Shown: positions 28,288 to 37,411 of the stretch, one piece after another | Layout of the letters: the number at the start of each line of letters is the position of its first letter | Numbering within the stretch: the stretch's first letter is position 1 | DNA from: Rickettsiales bacterium | GTDB lineage: Bacteria; Pseudomonadota; Alphaproteobacteria; Rickettsiales; JABIRX01 | NCBI GenBank assembly: GCA_034111325.1 | Contig: JAWUXM010000002.1 | Location: 13,228-77,227, forward strand | Reading direction: 5' to 3' | DNA: 64,000 nt | Position numbers and translations under genes: made by a program | The notes under the pieces: generated by a model | What the model was told of the DNA's origin: nothing | What the model saw: only the letters and a program-made list of their open reading frames with translations | The model's database searches: none

Positions 28288-31090
28288 TTACCTCAATATT
28301 TGGTATAATCGCTAACACGGTTAGCGGCAAAGGGTCGCTCTGCCTTATAAATATTCTGCCATTATCGTTCCAGTCAGGCGAGATTGAGATTTCAGCCTTT
28401 CCAGTTAATAACTCCGTCGGCTCGTTATAATCCTCATCATCTCTTTGATTATACTCCAACAAAGTATTGGCATCCTTTCCAGCAGAAAAACCTCGTGACT
28501 CCTCAACGTAAATAGAAAGCTCGCTTACACTTTTTTTCTTATTTTGCACTTCGATTCCGCTTTGCGACAAGTCAATATCAAGCGTCTCTAAATCCGCATC
28601 GTAAGGCAAACCAGCATGAGCTTTGGAGGCAGCATTTTGCAACGTAACCGACCCACTGGTAACAACTTGTTGCGGCTCGACATCTCCATCTGCTAATATT
28701 GAAACTGTCTTGCCTTCTAAATGACCTAATCCGCCCAATGTTGAGAAAGCAAAGCTCCAATGAGTAGTTGTTATTGCTCGCAAAGCAGCAGGCACAATGC
28801 TTTTTGCTTTTACAGATACAACCGTTGAGCTGCTATATGCAGTAACTTCAAACTGGCAACGAGCAGTAATATTGCCGTCTACGTCTTTTATTCTTAATGC
28901 TACGACCTTGCCAACGTCACCAACAACAAAGGGAGATAGTGTGCCATTCTCGGTCAGTGTAAGTGTCTCGCTAGTCTCCCAGCTCGTGCCACCCGTCAAA
29001 GTCACCATGCTTGAACTGTTGGCATTCCAATTATCTAATGACAAGCCGCTATCAACAAAGAAAGCATCCTCAGCAAGCATAAACCTACGAGAATGCAACC
29101 TCTCGGCAAAGCGCTTTGTTTGCCCCCCTATCGTTCTACGTACTGAGAAATACACATAATCTTCTTTGTAACCACCTGTATTATCTTCCAAAATTACCGC
29201 TACACTTTCTACGTAACCGTCGGTTTTATGCCTCGCCCAAGCCCAAATTTGTTGCTTACGATTATAGGTTAGTGATAACAATTCCCCCGTGTCAGTTACA
29301 CACCAGATTACCGAGAACGGCACTTTAGCCCAAGCCCATTCTACAATTTCACGGCGCTTGAATAAGTGGGAAGCCAAGAGCGTTAAAGGCTCTCCGTCTA
29401 AGCCATCAGCCTCAAGGGAGTAATTCAGATATAGCACATCTTTTCCGCCTTCTTCGACATACAATATATCACGACCTATGCGCAGAGGTCGAACATGCGA
29501 GCAGGGAGCAACAAACTCTTCATCAGCATCTACCGAAGTTGGGGTGATTATTTCAGTATCAGACGCACCCTTCATCAGCCACGTTGAGCCGCTGGTAAAT
29601 AATATTAGCTTTTTCAGTGATGTAATATGCCTAATCTGCTGCACCTGCTCTGAGTCCATGGTGAATTGAAAAGCATCATCATCTTTGGAAGGGCTGGAAA
29701 TATTCATATTGTTGAAATTCCCTATCTGTGAACCATAAACTGTTTGCGGATTGCTATTAGAGCCGCCAAAAACTTTACGTTGTTTGTGGTAACTTACTGC
29801 GCCTGGATAATTTGTGCCATCGAAAGGACGGCGACGCTTTGGCGGGGTGTCGTTCAGTTCAGGGTCAATGTTATTATCAACAAAGCTAGTCTCCTCTGTG
29901 CTGCCAATAAAGCCATATAGACCATTGCTTTCTCGGTAGACATTATAACGCTCTGCGTCCGTATCTCCTGCCCAAGAAAGACTTATCGTGCTAGTGCTAG
30001 TGAGTGTCGTGGAGTTTACTTCTAAATGCGTCCTAGCTGCCGCACCACCGGAGCTATAGGCTGAAAAAGCCGTTGTGTCGATATCCTCGCCACTTAAGTT
30101 CTGCAGCTCAAAAGTATTGGCAGCTTTATTTGCAACCTTAACTCTTTGACCATTTAGCTCTGTCATGCCAACGATAGCAGAAAGGTCTGCCTCATCATCA
30201 TTTGCAAAGCCATGAGATGCGGAAGTTAAAACACCTGGATTTGCCTGCGTTACGCCAGTGATAGTTTTTGCCGCCTCTTTTCCTGATAAGCTCTCTTCTG
30301 CGGTCTCTCTAGCCACCGACGTAATTTTGTAAGAATAATCAACACCGCTGCCAGTTGGTGTTGCAACTATAGCAGTTGGTGGAGCAATCGCAGGATCCCA
30401 ATTGATAAAATCAAGGCTCCATGCGTAATGTTGCGTCCTTGAAAGCTCCGACTCTTGATATAGCGGGTGACAAAGTGTCATAATGTCTGTGCTTTGCGTG
30501 TATTTCAGCTCTCGCAAAATTGATTCCGCATAGCTTGTCGTTAACTCAAAAACACGTGCTGCATTACCGCCGCTTGTAAATGTAGTATATGCCGAGCTAT
30601 CAATATTGTTTCCGTCTTGGTCGGTTAATTCAAACGTGTTGGTAGTTTTATTGGCAACAACAACAAAGCGACCATTTAGCTCTGTCATCCCCCCCACTGA
30701 ATCTAGCCATAGCCACTCGCCATCGACGTAACCATGCCCTGAGATTGTCATCACAGCAGGACTAGCCTCGGTGATTGCTGTAATAGTTTGTGCTGGCTCA
30801 AGAACCAAGCCAGCATCTTTTATAACTCTCACCATGTTTTCAGTGAATTCTAAAATATAGTTTTGGGTCGTAGAGAATTGGAAAGGAATTAATCTTGATC
30901 TTTTTGCATGATCTCTATGCCTAGCAATAAATTCTGTGCCTGCTCTATTAGCAACACCGCCTTGAATCTGCGGCACGAAATTTAGGCACGTGCGCAGCCC
31001 AGTTACATATTTTACTAAATCAGTGTGAGCGTAAAGCTCTGGTGATATTTCTCCCCCTGCAAATGATTTTTGACTTTTTTCCAGCGGCAT
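28277..31090 (-). CDS. Tail tubular protein B / stabilisation-protein-like nozzle protein with two inserted beta-domains
   Basis: 937 aa with N-terminus KSFAGGEISPELYAHTDLVKYVTGLRTCLNFVPQIQGGVANRAGTEFI. Internal duplicated ~78-aa domain (aa 102-180 and 276-353). Confidence 0.65.
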   Translation of the reverse strand: MPLEKSQKSFAGGEISPELYAHTDLVKYVTGLRTCLNFVPQIQGGVANRAGTEFIARHRDHAKRSRLIPFQFSTTQNYILEFTENMVRVIKDAGLVLEPAQTITAITEASPAVMTISGHGYVDGEWLWLDSVGGMTELNGRFVVVANKTTNTFELTDQDGNNIDSSAYTTFTSGGNAARVFELTTSYAESILRELKYTQSTDIMTLCHPLYQESELSRTQHYAWSLDFINWDPAIAPPTAIVATPTGSGVDYSYKITSVARETAEESLSGKEAAKTITGVTQANPGVLTSASHGFANDDEADLSAIVGMTELNGQRVKVANKAANTFELQNLSGEDIDTTAFSAYSSGGAAARTHLEVNSTTLTSTSTISLSWAGDTDAERYNVYRESNGLYGFIGSTEETSFVDNNIDPELNDTPPKRRRPFDGTNYPGAVSYHKQRKVFGGSNSNPQTVYGSQIGNFNNMNISSPSKDDDAFQFTMDSEQVQQIRHITSLKKLILFTSGSTWLMKGASDTEIITPTSVDADEEFVAPCSHVRPLRIGRDILYVEEGGKDVLYLNYSLEADGLDGEPLTLLASHLFKRREIVEWAWAKVPFSVIWCVTDTGELLSLTYNRKQQIWAWARHKTDGYVESVAVILEDNTGGYKEDYVYFSVRRTIGGQTKRFAERLHSRRFMLAEDAFFVDSGLSLDNWNANSSSMVTLTGGTSWETSETLTLTENGTLSPFVVGDVGKVVALRIKDVDGNITARCQFEVTAYSSSTVVSVKAKSIVPAALRAITTTHWSFAFSTLGGLGHLEGKTVSILADGDVEPQQVVTSGSVTLQNAASKAHAGLPYDADLETLDIDLSQSGIEVQNKKKSVSELSIYVEESRGFSAGKDANTLLEYNQRDDEDYNEPTELLTGKAEISISPDWNDNGRIFIRQSDPLPLTVLAIIPNIEVSDE

Positions 31091-31091
31091 T

Positions 31092-31691
31092 TTACCTACC
31101 CGTTATAAATTCGCTTTCTGGTATAGGGTCTTGCAGACTCTCTTCTATATCTACCACCTCCGCTATTAGCTTATGTTTTTGATATTGCTTCTCCATAGCA
31201 TCAACAACACTTGCTTTTTTCGTAAGCGCATAGCAAATCAACGACGCTAAGTGATACGATACCATCATGCTAAATGGGCTAGGAAATAAAGATGGGTTTA
31301 TAACGTCAGCAGTATAGCGACCAAGTGCTTGGTACTGGTCTGTAAATATGGTTTTGGTGGTGCGAGTAGCGTTTAAACCAACCTCGAACGCCACCCTTTC
31401 GACTCCTAGCCTTCTTGCGCCTGTGTAGATCTCTCTGAACTTAATGCAATCCGCAGGAAAGCTATACACGTAATCCCAATCATCAGGGGAGGTTTCCGCT
31501 AGCTGTGCCAACGCAGCACGTGCTGTAGCAAAGCCCCAATCCACTTGTGACAAAACAAAGCGAACCGCCTCAGCATAGAATATCCTGCACTGCTTTGCTT
31601 CATTAGAGCTATCAGTTTCCAAGTTGGCTATTAGATTCTTAGCCCCTATGTGAGTCAAAGCCATGTTGCAAATTGATGCTTGGGTAGCCAT
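31092..31691 (-). CDS. Tail tubular protein A / adaptor (T7 gp11-like)
   Basis: 199 aa (T7 gp11 is 196 aa). N-terminus ICNMALTHIGAKNLIANLETDSSNEA...VDWGFA matches the usual gp11-like pattern. Position is before tubular B. Confidence 0.6.
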   Translation of the reverse strand: MATQASICNMALTHIGAKNLIANLETDSSNEAKQCRIFYAEAVRFVLSQVDWGFATARAALAQLAETSPDDWDYVYSFPADCIKFREIYTGARRLGVERVAFEVGLNATRTTKTIFTDQYQALGRYTADVINPSLFPSPFSMMVSYHLASLICYALTKKASVVDAMEKQYQKHKLIAEVVDIEESLQDPIPESEFITGR

Positions 31692-31693
31692 GG

Positions 31694-32095
31694 CTAATCC
31701 TCAGAATTAGTCATTTCCACTTCAACAGGGACATTTTCGGCTGGCTTCACCTGCATAGCCGCAGCTACACCTTGTGCCTCCTGCTCTCCCTCAGCCTCAT
31801 TTTGCGTGTTTAAAGCAATTTGCGTATTAAACTCTTCTATTGCGGCAATAAGCACTGTGCTCTTAGGGCTTGAACCTAAGCCAAGATCATGCTCTTTAGC
31901 AAAAGCCATCATTTCTTTACGACTCATGCTAAGAGAGTTGTCTTCAACCTCTCCGCCAGAACTTAATTTAAAATAACTTGGTGCGCTTTTTGGCTGCAAT
32001 GTTTCTGATTTGTAATCATCTCCAGCTTCATAATATACATGTCTTTTGCCCTTCTCGCCAAAATAACACGCTTTTTGTATTTCGTATTTGTACAT
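31694..32095 (-). CDS. Hypothetical head-module protein
   Basis: 133-aa ORF. First gene after the terminator that follows the capsid/cement genes. Confidence 0.5.
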   Translation of the reverse strand: MYKYEIQKACYFGEKGKRHVYYEAGDDYKSETLQPKSAPSYFKLSSGGEVEDNSLSMSRKEMMAFAKEHDLGLGSSPKSTVLIAAIEEFNTQIALNTQNEAEGEQEAQGVAAAMQVKPAENVPVEVEMTNSED

Positions 32096-32114
32096 GGATT
32101 AAACCTTTAGATTT

Positions 32115-32145
32115 GAATAAAAAAGGGGAGAATTAACTCCCCTCA
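32115..32145 (-). terminator. Rho-independent terminator after the capsid-cement genes
   Basis: On the minus strand: ggggag-ttaatt-ctcccc followed by ttttttatt (stem at 32125-32142). Confidence 0.6.
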
Positions 32146-32150
32146 AATAG

Positions 32151-32561
32151 TTAGCCTTGGTAGTTAGACTGGAAAGCCTCGACTATTCTTGCCGAGAATT
32201 GACCAGCAGTAAGGTCAGCAACATTCACTGTATATTTCATCTGCATGTATTGGTATGCACCATATTCAGGAATAGAGCCACGATACACAACATATCCAGC
32301 GACCAACGTCGCTTTTGGCACTGCCATAGCTAGGTCTATTGCTTTGTCTGGTGTGAACGTGCTGGTAGTGTCAAACTCCAGTTGAAAATCAACTGTAGAT
32401 GAACCTGCCGACGTTACCGTCTCGTCGCAAGTTACCTCAAACATCAAGGGGTTACCCTGTGCATGATCTTTTGCGTCGCCAAAGTTAATATAGTTAGTTG
32501 ATGCAGCAGAGTCAGTGACAGTTTGCGCATTACTTAGTTCGTTTTCGTAATCAATAATCAT
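32151..32561 (-). CDS. Bbp16-like capsid cement/decoration protein
   Basis: 136 aa, directly downstream of the MCP. N-terminus DYENELSNAQTVTDSAASTNYINFG resembles the Bordetella phage BPP-1 Bbp16 family pattern. Confidence 0.5.
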   Translation of the reverse strand: MIIDYENELSNAQTVTDSAASTNYINFGDAKDHAQGNPLMFEVTCDETVTSAGSSTVDFQLEFDTTSTFTPDKAIDLAMAVPKATLVAGYVVYRGSIPEYGAYQYMQMKYTVNVADLTAGQFSARIVEAFQSNYQG

Positions 32562-32591
32562 GGTTTTTACCTTTAATTAATTGTTAATAAG

Positions 32592-33584
32592 TTAAGATAC
32601 TACCGCTTCTGCGCTAGTGATCGCATCCACCGTACGAACAGGAACACCGTCAAACATCATCACGTGCTTACCAGCAACTTCTTGTGTTGAAATCAACACA
32701 TTATTGGAGTTTTTGATTTGGCGACGTAAGAATGATTTTATTGTTCTGTTACAATAGAATACTGGACGACCACGACCTTGCGTATGTAACAACTCAAGAG
32801 ATTGAGCCATTAAATCAACAATATCTGCACTAGAACCACTTGCATCTTTAGTCAGGTCTGAAACATCAATATTCGCAATACGAACAACATAACGCCAGTC
32901 TCTTACTGTTAAGCCAACATCCCACTTATAATGAGTGCGGTAAATCTCGTAAGTACCTTTAGTTGCATGATCTTTAGTATCACGACCTAGATCTTCCATG
33001 CTCAAGCCAGCTTTTTGACCTTTAGGGAAAATAAAGTGACATAAATTGTCATCCCAAGTAACCAGCCAAATAGACGTATTGTCTGCGCCCGCTCCTGCTC
33101 CGCTAATGATTTGTCCGCCATTTGATGCAGACATATCACTAAAACGAGGTGCAAGACCCATGAACTTTTCAGGGTTAGTGTAGCTATCTCCGTAAATAGC
33201 AGTAGTAGCGAAAGTTTGTGTCAAACCCTCAGTGAAAGCCCTATCTTCTGATAAACGAAATTCTTTAGTATTTCCGTTTAAGTCAGCTAAAGCCTTGTCA
33301 ATCTCAGAGTATGTTTCCAACATGCCCATAGTATCATCGACTGTAACAGTTGTTGATTTCTCTGGTTGCACACCGTAGTTGAGTTTTCTCCAAGTTCCTG
33401 ATGGTAAGCCTGAACGAATGCTCGTTCTGTGGCTAGTTGCCCCGTTCGCTTCGACCACAACCGCATCTTGCATAATCTCATTTGCTTGAGACAGCATTTC
33501 AACGATCAAAGGCACTTTGCCTTCTGGGTCAACACGTTTCGCCCAATCAGCGTACGATAAGTTAGTATTATTTAGTTCAGCCAT
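32592..33584 (-). CDS. Major capsid protein (BPP-1 Bbp17-like by synteny)
   Basis: 330 aa, located after the acidic scaffold protein and before the cement protein. A terminator lies downstream of the pair. Confidence 0.75.
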   Translation of the reverse strand: MAELNNTNLSYADWAKRVDPEGKVPLIVEMLSQANEIMQDAVVVEANGATSHRTSIRSGLPSGTWRKLNYGVQPEKSTTVTVDDTMGMLETYSEIDKALADLNGNTKEFRLSEDRAFTEGLTQTFATTAIYGDSYTNPEKFMGLAPRFSDMSASNGGQIISGAGAGADNTSIWLVTWDDNLCHFIFPKGQKAGLSMEDLGRDTKDHATKGTYEIYRTHYKWDVGLTVRDWRYVVRIANIDVSDLTKDASGSSADIVDLMAQSLELLHTQGRGRPVFYCNRTIKSFLRRQIKNSNNVLISTQEVAGKHVMMFDGVPVRTVDAITSAEAVVS

Positions 33585-33608
33585 AGTTTTACCTATAAAT
33601 TAAGTTAA

Positions 33609-34325
33609 TTAAGATTTGTCGTACAGAATGTCAGCCGCACTCCGCTGGGATGTATTATTACCCTGCTGGAATTTACCGCCTTCACTCATGCTTTTACCGA
33701 TTTTTGAGAACACTCTAACAAGTTCAGGGTGATTCCCTAAGCCTGTATCGTTTAGTAAACTGCTTAACTCTGGTGTAGAAAAGCGTGCCATAGCAGCCTT
33801 GCAATGTTCTTGGGTTTGCTTTAATCGATCTCCCCCAATCTCTTTGTCAGCTTCCACGGCGTTAGCCCAACTTTCGGCTACCTCGGTATGTTTACCAACC
33901 TGTTCTCGTGCATATGTATCAACCAACTCTTGCAACGCTTCCTTGGGTATATTGTGCTTTTGCGCAATTTCCTTGGTAGCATCAAACAATCTTTGATCTA
34001 CTTCCATGCCTTCGGGCAAATCTTCAGGTAAAACAACTTCATCATATTTCTTATCATCCCCTTGCTTGGACTCTTCGCCGTCATCCTCGGAATCATCTTT
34101 AGAATCTTCATCCTTAGATTTATCCTCGTCAGTTTTACTGGCTTCGTCTGCGCTTTTAGATGAGTCAAGTTGATCATTGTTGTTTTCATCATCTTTGCTC
34201 ACATCCGCCTCTTTATTTGCATCATCGCCGTAAAGCTTATCTGCAATTGTAGAGTCGGAATTTGTTTGATCTGCACTCGCCTCAGCGTTTTGTGCAGCAT
34301 CATTGTTGTTTTCGTTATCTTTCAT
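33609..34325 (-). CDS. Scaffolding protein
   Basis: 238 aa. Very acidic low-complexity N-terminal half (D/E/K/S-rich). Immediately upstream of the MCP. Confidence 0.65.
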   Translation of the reverse strand: MKDNENNNDAAQNAEASADQTNSDSTIADKLYGDDANKEADVSKDDENNNDQLDSSKSADEASKTDEDKSKDEDSKDDSEDDGEESKQGDDKKYDEVVLPEDLPEGMEVDQRLFDATKEIAQKHNIPKEALQELVDTYAREQVGKHTEVAESWANAVEADKEIGGDRLKQTQEHCKAAMARFSTPELSSLLNDTGLGNHPELVRVFSKIGKSMSEGGKFQQGNNTSQRSAADILYDKS

Positions 34326-34332
34326 AATATAC

Positions 34333-34599
34333 CTATTTTACATTGTTAATAATCACTTCACTAATGGCTTTGGGGTGGGCTATCAAAGCCTCACTCAAAA
34401 ACCATTGACCCACCGCTTGCATGCCACAATTATAGTCAGTTTGTGGCGCATTACCCGTAAAGGCGTTGCGGTAAATTCCAGCTCGCTCTAGCAACCTCCA
34501 AGCGAACTCTTTCCCCTCTGGGGTAGACAGCATCTTTCTTAAATATTGAAGCTCTGCATCTATTTGCTCTTTCTCGCTTTTATTTTGCTTTTCCATCAC
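34333..34599 (-). CDS. Bbp19-like small head-module protein
   Basis: 88 aa with EGKEFAWRLLERAGIYRNAFTGN...GMQAVGQWFL. Its position upstream of the scaffold matches BPP-1 gene order. Confidence 0.4.
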   Translation of the reverse strand: MMEKQNKSEKEQIDAELQYLRKMLSTPEGKEFAWRLLERAGIYRNAFTGNAPQTDYNCGMQAVGQWFLSEALIAHPKAISEVIINNVK

Positions 34600-35446
34600 C
34601 TTTCTTCTTTTCCATTTGTTCTTCCATTTGTTCTTTCATTGTTCTTTGGATGATCTCCTCTGCCCTCTGTTGGCGTATGTAGATTGCATCAGCAAAGAAA
34701 TCTTCCGAGGTGTAGTCAAACTTAGATTGCCCTATATGTGCGCATTGTTGAGAGAGTTGATAATCACAAAAGATCTTTTCCCCTTGATCTCTAAACTTCT
34801 CTATCAGCGATAGGTCTTCACTAACCCGACTTAATAGGTCGCACTTACCATTCTTTTCTTTGTAATATGGCGAAAAGTAAGGTTGCTTAAGGCTCTTGAA
34901 GCACTCCATGTTTATCATAAGAAGCCCCGTACCTATCTCTTTGATCTCTGCAACTCCTACTTCACTTTCCATGCTTATTTTGAGGCGCTCACCATCAAGC
35001 CCTTTCGCAACTTGTTGGTATGGGTATCTACGCTTCGGCACCGTGCAGCCTAGAATCTTCACAGGCGGCAATGATTGACCATCGCCTTTTTCAGTATCTA
35101 TCATCACATCCAGCATCCTTTGCACCGTGATTGACGGAAACATCATGTCGCTATCAATAAAAACTATATGCGTTGCTTTGACCTCTTCCGCCGCTGCAAC
35201 CATCATGTTGCGACTATGCGCTATCTCTGCGGTTTTCGTATTGTTCAATGCAATGCGGACATGCACAGAAGTGGTGTGATTTGATAATGCTGAAAGAGAC
35301 ATAGCGAAATCTGCATGCACCATGTCACCAGAGGGAATGGCTATTAAAACCTTGTACTTCTTATATCTCTCAATATTAGCACGAGAGCGTGCCGCAGCAT
35401 CGTTGACTACTTTTTTACCGTTTAATCCTTTTCCTGATTTGCTCAT
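34580..35446 (-). CDS. GT-A fold glycosyltransferase (GT2-like) embedded in the head module
   Basis: 288 aa with VLIAIPSGDMV, ARN-like HSRNMMV, a DxD motif (FIDSD, D98-D100), GTGLLMI and SED motifs. Its start overlaps the portal stop (ATGA). Confidence 0.65.
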   Translation of the reverse strand: MSKSGKGLNGKKVVNDAAARSRANIERYKKYKVLIAIPSGDMVHADFAMSLSALSNHTTSVHVRIALNNTKTAEIAHSRNMMVAAAEEVKATHIVFIDSDMMFPSITVQRMLDVMIDTEKGDGQSLPPVKILGCTVPKRRYPYQQVAKGLDGERLKISMESEVGVAEIKEIGTGLLMINMECFKSLKQPYFSPYYKEKNGKCDLLSRVSEDLSLIEKFRDQGEKIFCDYQLSQQCAHIGQSKFDYTSEDFFADAIYIRQQRAEEIIQRTMKEQMEEQMEKKKGDGKAK

Positions 35447-37107
35447 GCTGCTACCTGATTTAATATTGTTGATAATGCGTTGTCACTTTCTGGCTTAGTC
35501 TCGATCAAATCTTTAATTGGCTTGGCTGCTTGCATAGCCATCTCTGTATTTGCAACATTTGCTTGCTGCTCCTGCTCTTGTGCTGTGATTGCTGCTGCAT
35601 CTTCATCAGACCTAATCAAATTAGGGTGCGTACCAAGCATGTTGCCATAAGTATCAATCATTTTACCAAAGTTTACCTTGTTCTTAGACGATGGATCTAT
35701 CGCAATAACTTCTGATGCAAAGCCTAAAAGCCTGTCTACTGCGGAAACACCGACTGATCTTTGCGCTTGATGTAAAACTGAAATATACTCGACCTTGATT
35801 TCAGCATTATAAAGCTCACGTGGTGGCTCTGGTATTAAACCCTTCTCATTCATTATGTTGAATGTCCTGCCGATTAATGGGTCAAGCAGCTCTTTATTTA
35901 ACCTTTCCAATACAGGACCTAGCATAAGGAGCTTCTCCTCGTGCCTCTCCTCTACTTCTCGTGCTGTAATTTGTCTGCGGTTAGAGCTTGATAGCATTAG
36001 AAATAAGTCAGCAAAGAAAGCTTGGTTAATCCTGCCTCTAATTTGCTCTGATTTAGCCTCTAATTCATTAATCCGCACATCAGTCTTGTAGGCTTCTTGA
36101 AAACCTGGGCGACCATTAACAAAGGTTGAGTATGTAACCCCTCCTGGCATTTGTGTTTTGTGTCTATTTCTCATGTCAGGGTCGGCAACCATCGGCGGTC
36201 TCACCATCTTCTCAATCGCTTCTGCTGATCTCTTCTCATGCAACTGCAATTGCTTGGTATCTCCCAACGCATCCATTCCTGGGCAGCCAGAAGCGTAGAT
36301 ATCATTGCTAGTCACTTGCCAGCGAGGGCAAAATATTGGGAACTCTTCAAAGCCATCAAACGACAAAGCACGGTCTGAACTCGATTGTTCGTACAAAACG
36401 GAGCGAAAAGGCTTACTAATGCTGTCTGCTTTGCTAAAATCACGCCCTGAATTTGCTTCTACCAAGTGATACAAGTCAACCCACTCATCATATGAGCTGT
36501 TGTCGTATAGATTTTGCACAGTAGAAGAACAATTTTCATAGCCACTATATGCGACGACCTGCCCAACCGTCATACGAAATGAGCGTGCAAATCTCTCAAC
36601 CACACCTTTTTCATTATTCGCTATCCAATACTCGCCTTGGGTGAATGTTTGCGTATGAATTACATCGTCAACATCTGCAAAGACAGCAATAGGACATTGT
36701 CCGAACAAGCCAAGCTCGGCATATAGAAGCGGTAACGAGTCGTAGAGATTAGACCGTGAGAACACTGAGTTGATTTGATCTTTTACTGCGCTATTCCAGC
36801 TTTTTACTTTCTGCTTGCCTTCTATTTTTGGGTCGGGATGTTGCAGGTTAAACCAAGGACGAGCTGGCGATGTTAAGCCCGACATCATACCCGCAGATAA
36901 AACGCCCAACGCTAGTTTTGCAGTGTTGTCTATTATTTTTCCGTTCTTTTTCCCACCTTTGTTTGTGTCACTCGTTAGCCAGCGACCAACACGTGGCAAT
37001 ATCTGCTCTGCAAGCTCTCTATGATGAGACTCGAAACTATTATATTCCTGTTTCATTCCTGAAACTACGGAATTTGCCCTGTTAATAAACTTAGCGCCTA
37101 GCTGCAT
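35443..37107 (-). CDS. Portal (head-tail connector) protein
   Basis: 554 aa, located downstream of the terminase genes. Size and N-terminal pattern fit podovirus portals. Confidence 0.75.
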   Translation of the reverse strand: MQLGAKFINRANSVVSGMKQEYNSFESHHRELAEQILPRVGRWLTSDTNKGGKKNGKIIDNTAKLALGVLSAGMMSGLTSPARPWFNLQHPDPKIEGKQKVKSWNSAVKDQINSVFSRSNLYDSLPLLYAELGLFGQCPIAVFADVDDVIHTQTFTQGEYWIANNEKGVVERFARSFRMTVGQVVAYSGYENCSSTVQNLYDNSSYDEWVDLYHLVEANSGRDFSKADSISKPFRSVLYEQSSSDRALSFDGFEEFPIFCPRWQVTSNDIYASGCPGMDALGDTKQLQLHEKRSAEAIEKMVRPPMVADPDMRNRHKTQMPGGVTYSTFVNGRPGFQEAYKTDVRINELEAKSEQIRGRINQAFFADLFLMLSSSNRRQITAREVEERHEEKLLMLGPVLERLNKELLDPLIGRTFNIMNEKGLIPEPPRELYNAEIKVEYISVLHQAQRSVGVSAVDRLLGFASEVIAIDPSSKNKVNFGKMIDTYGNMLGTHPNLIRSDEDAAAITAQEQEQQANVANTEMAMQAAKPIKDLIETKPESDNALSTILNQVAA

Positions 37108-37322
37108 TATTGACCTAATAGTGTTTTTTTGGCAGTTTTAGCCTCTTCTTTAATACCCTGAGAGCTAGTAAGGATCGTTCTTTTGCGACCTTGATTGTTT
37201 TTTGATTTCTTAATTTGCTCTGCTTTTGCGGTCTGGCTCTCTTGACTAACCTCGGCAGGGGCAAGCGGCTCTGGCGAAGGGGCTGGGGCGGCGGCTATTT
37301 GTGGCTTAACTGTGTTGCACAT
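37107..37322 (-). CDS. Small Pro/Ala-rich basic protein (virion-associated?)
   Basis: 71-aa ORF whose stop overlaps the portal start. C-terminus reads RKRTILTSSQGIKEEAKTAKKTLLGQ. Confidence 0.45.
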   Translation of the reverse strand: MCNTVKPQIAAAPAPSPEPLAPAEVSQESQTAKAEQIKKSKNNQGRKRTILTSSQGIKEEAKTAKKTLLGQ

Positions 37323-37411
37323 ATCTCTCTCATAATTGATAAACTATCAAACCAGACGGTTTGTTTACAAATTAATAAATTAAGAGTTTTACTTAAAAGT
37401 AAAGTTAAAAA

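Noticed and set aside
37395-37407. A 13-mer aaaagtaaagtta shared with 39386-39398, considered as a conserved late (phage-RNAP-type) promoter
   Set aside because: There are only two copies at non-equivalent positions relative to gene starts, no phage RNAP gene, and a chance match is plausible in AT-rich DNA.
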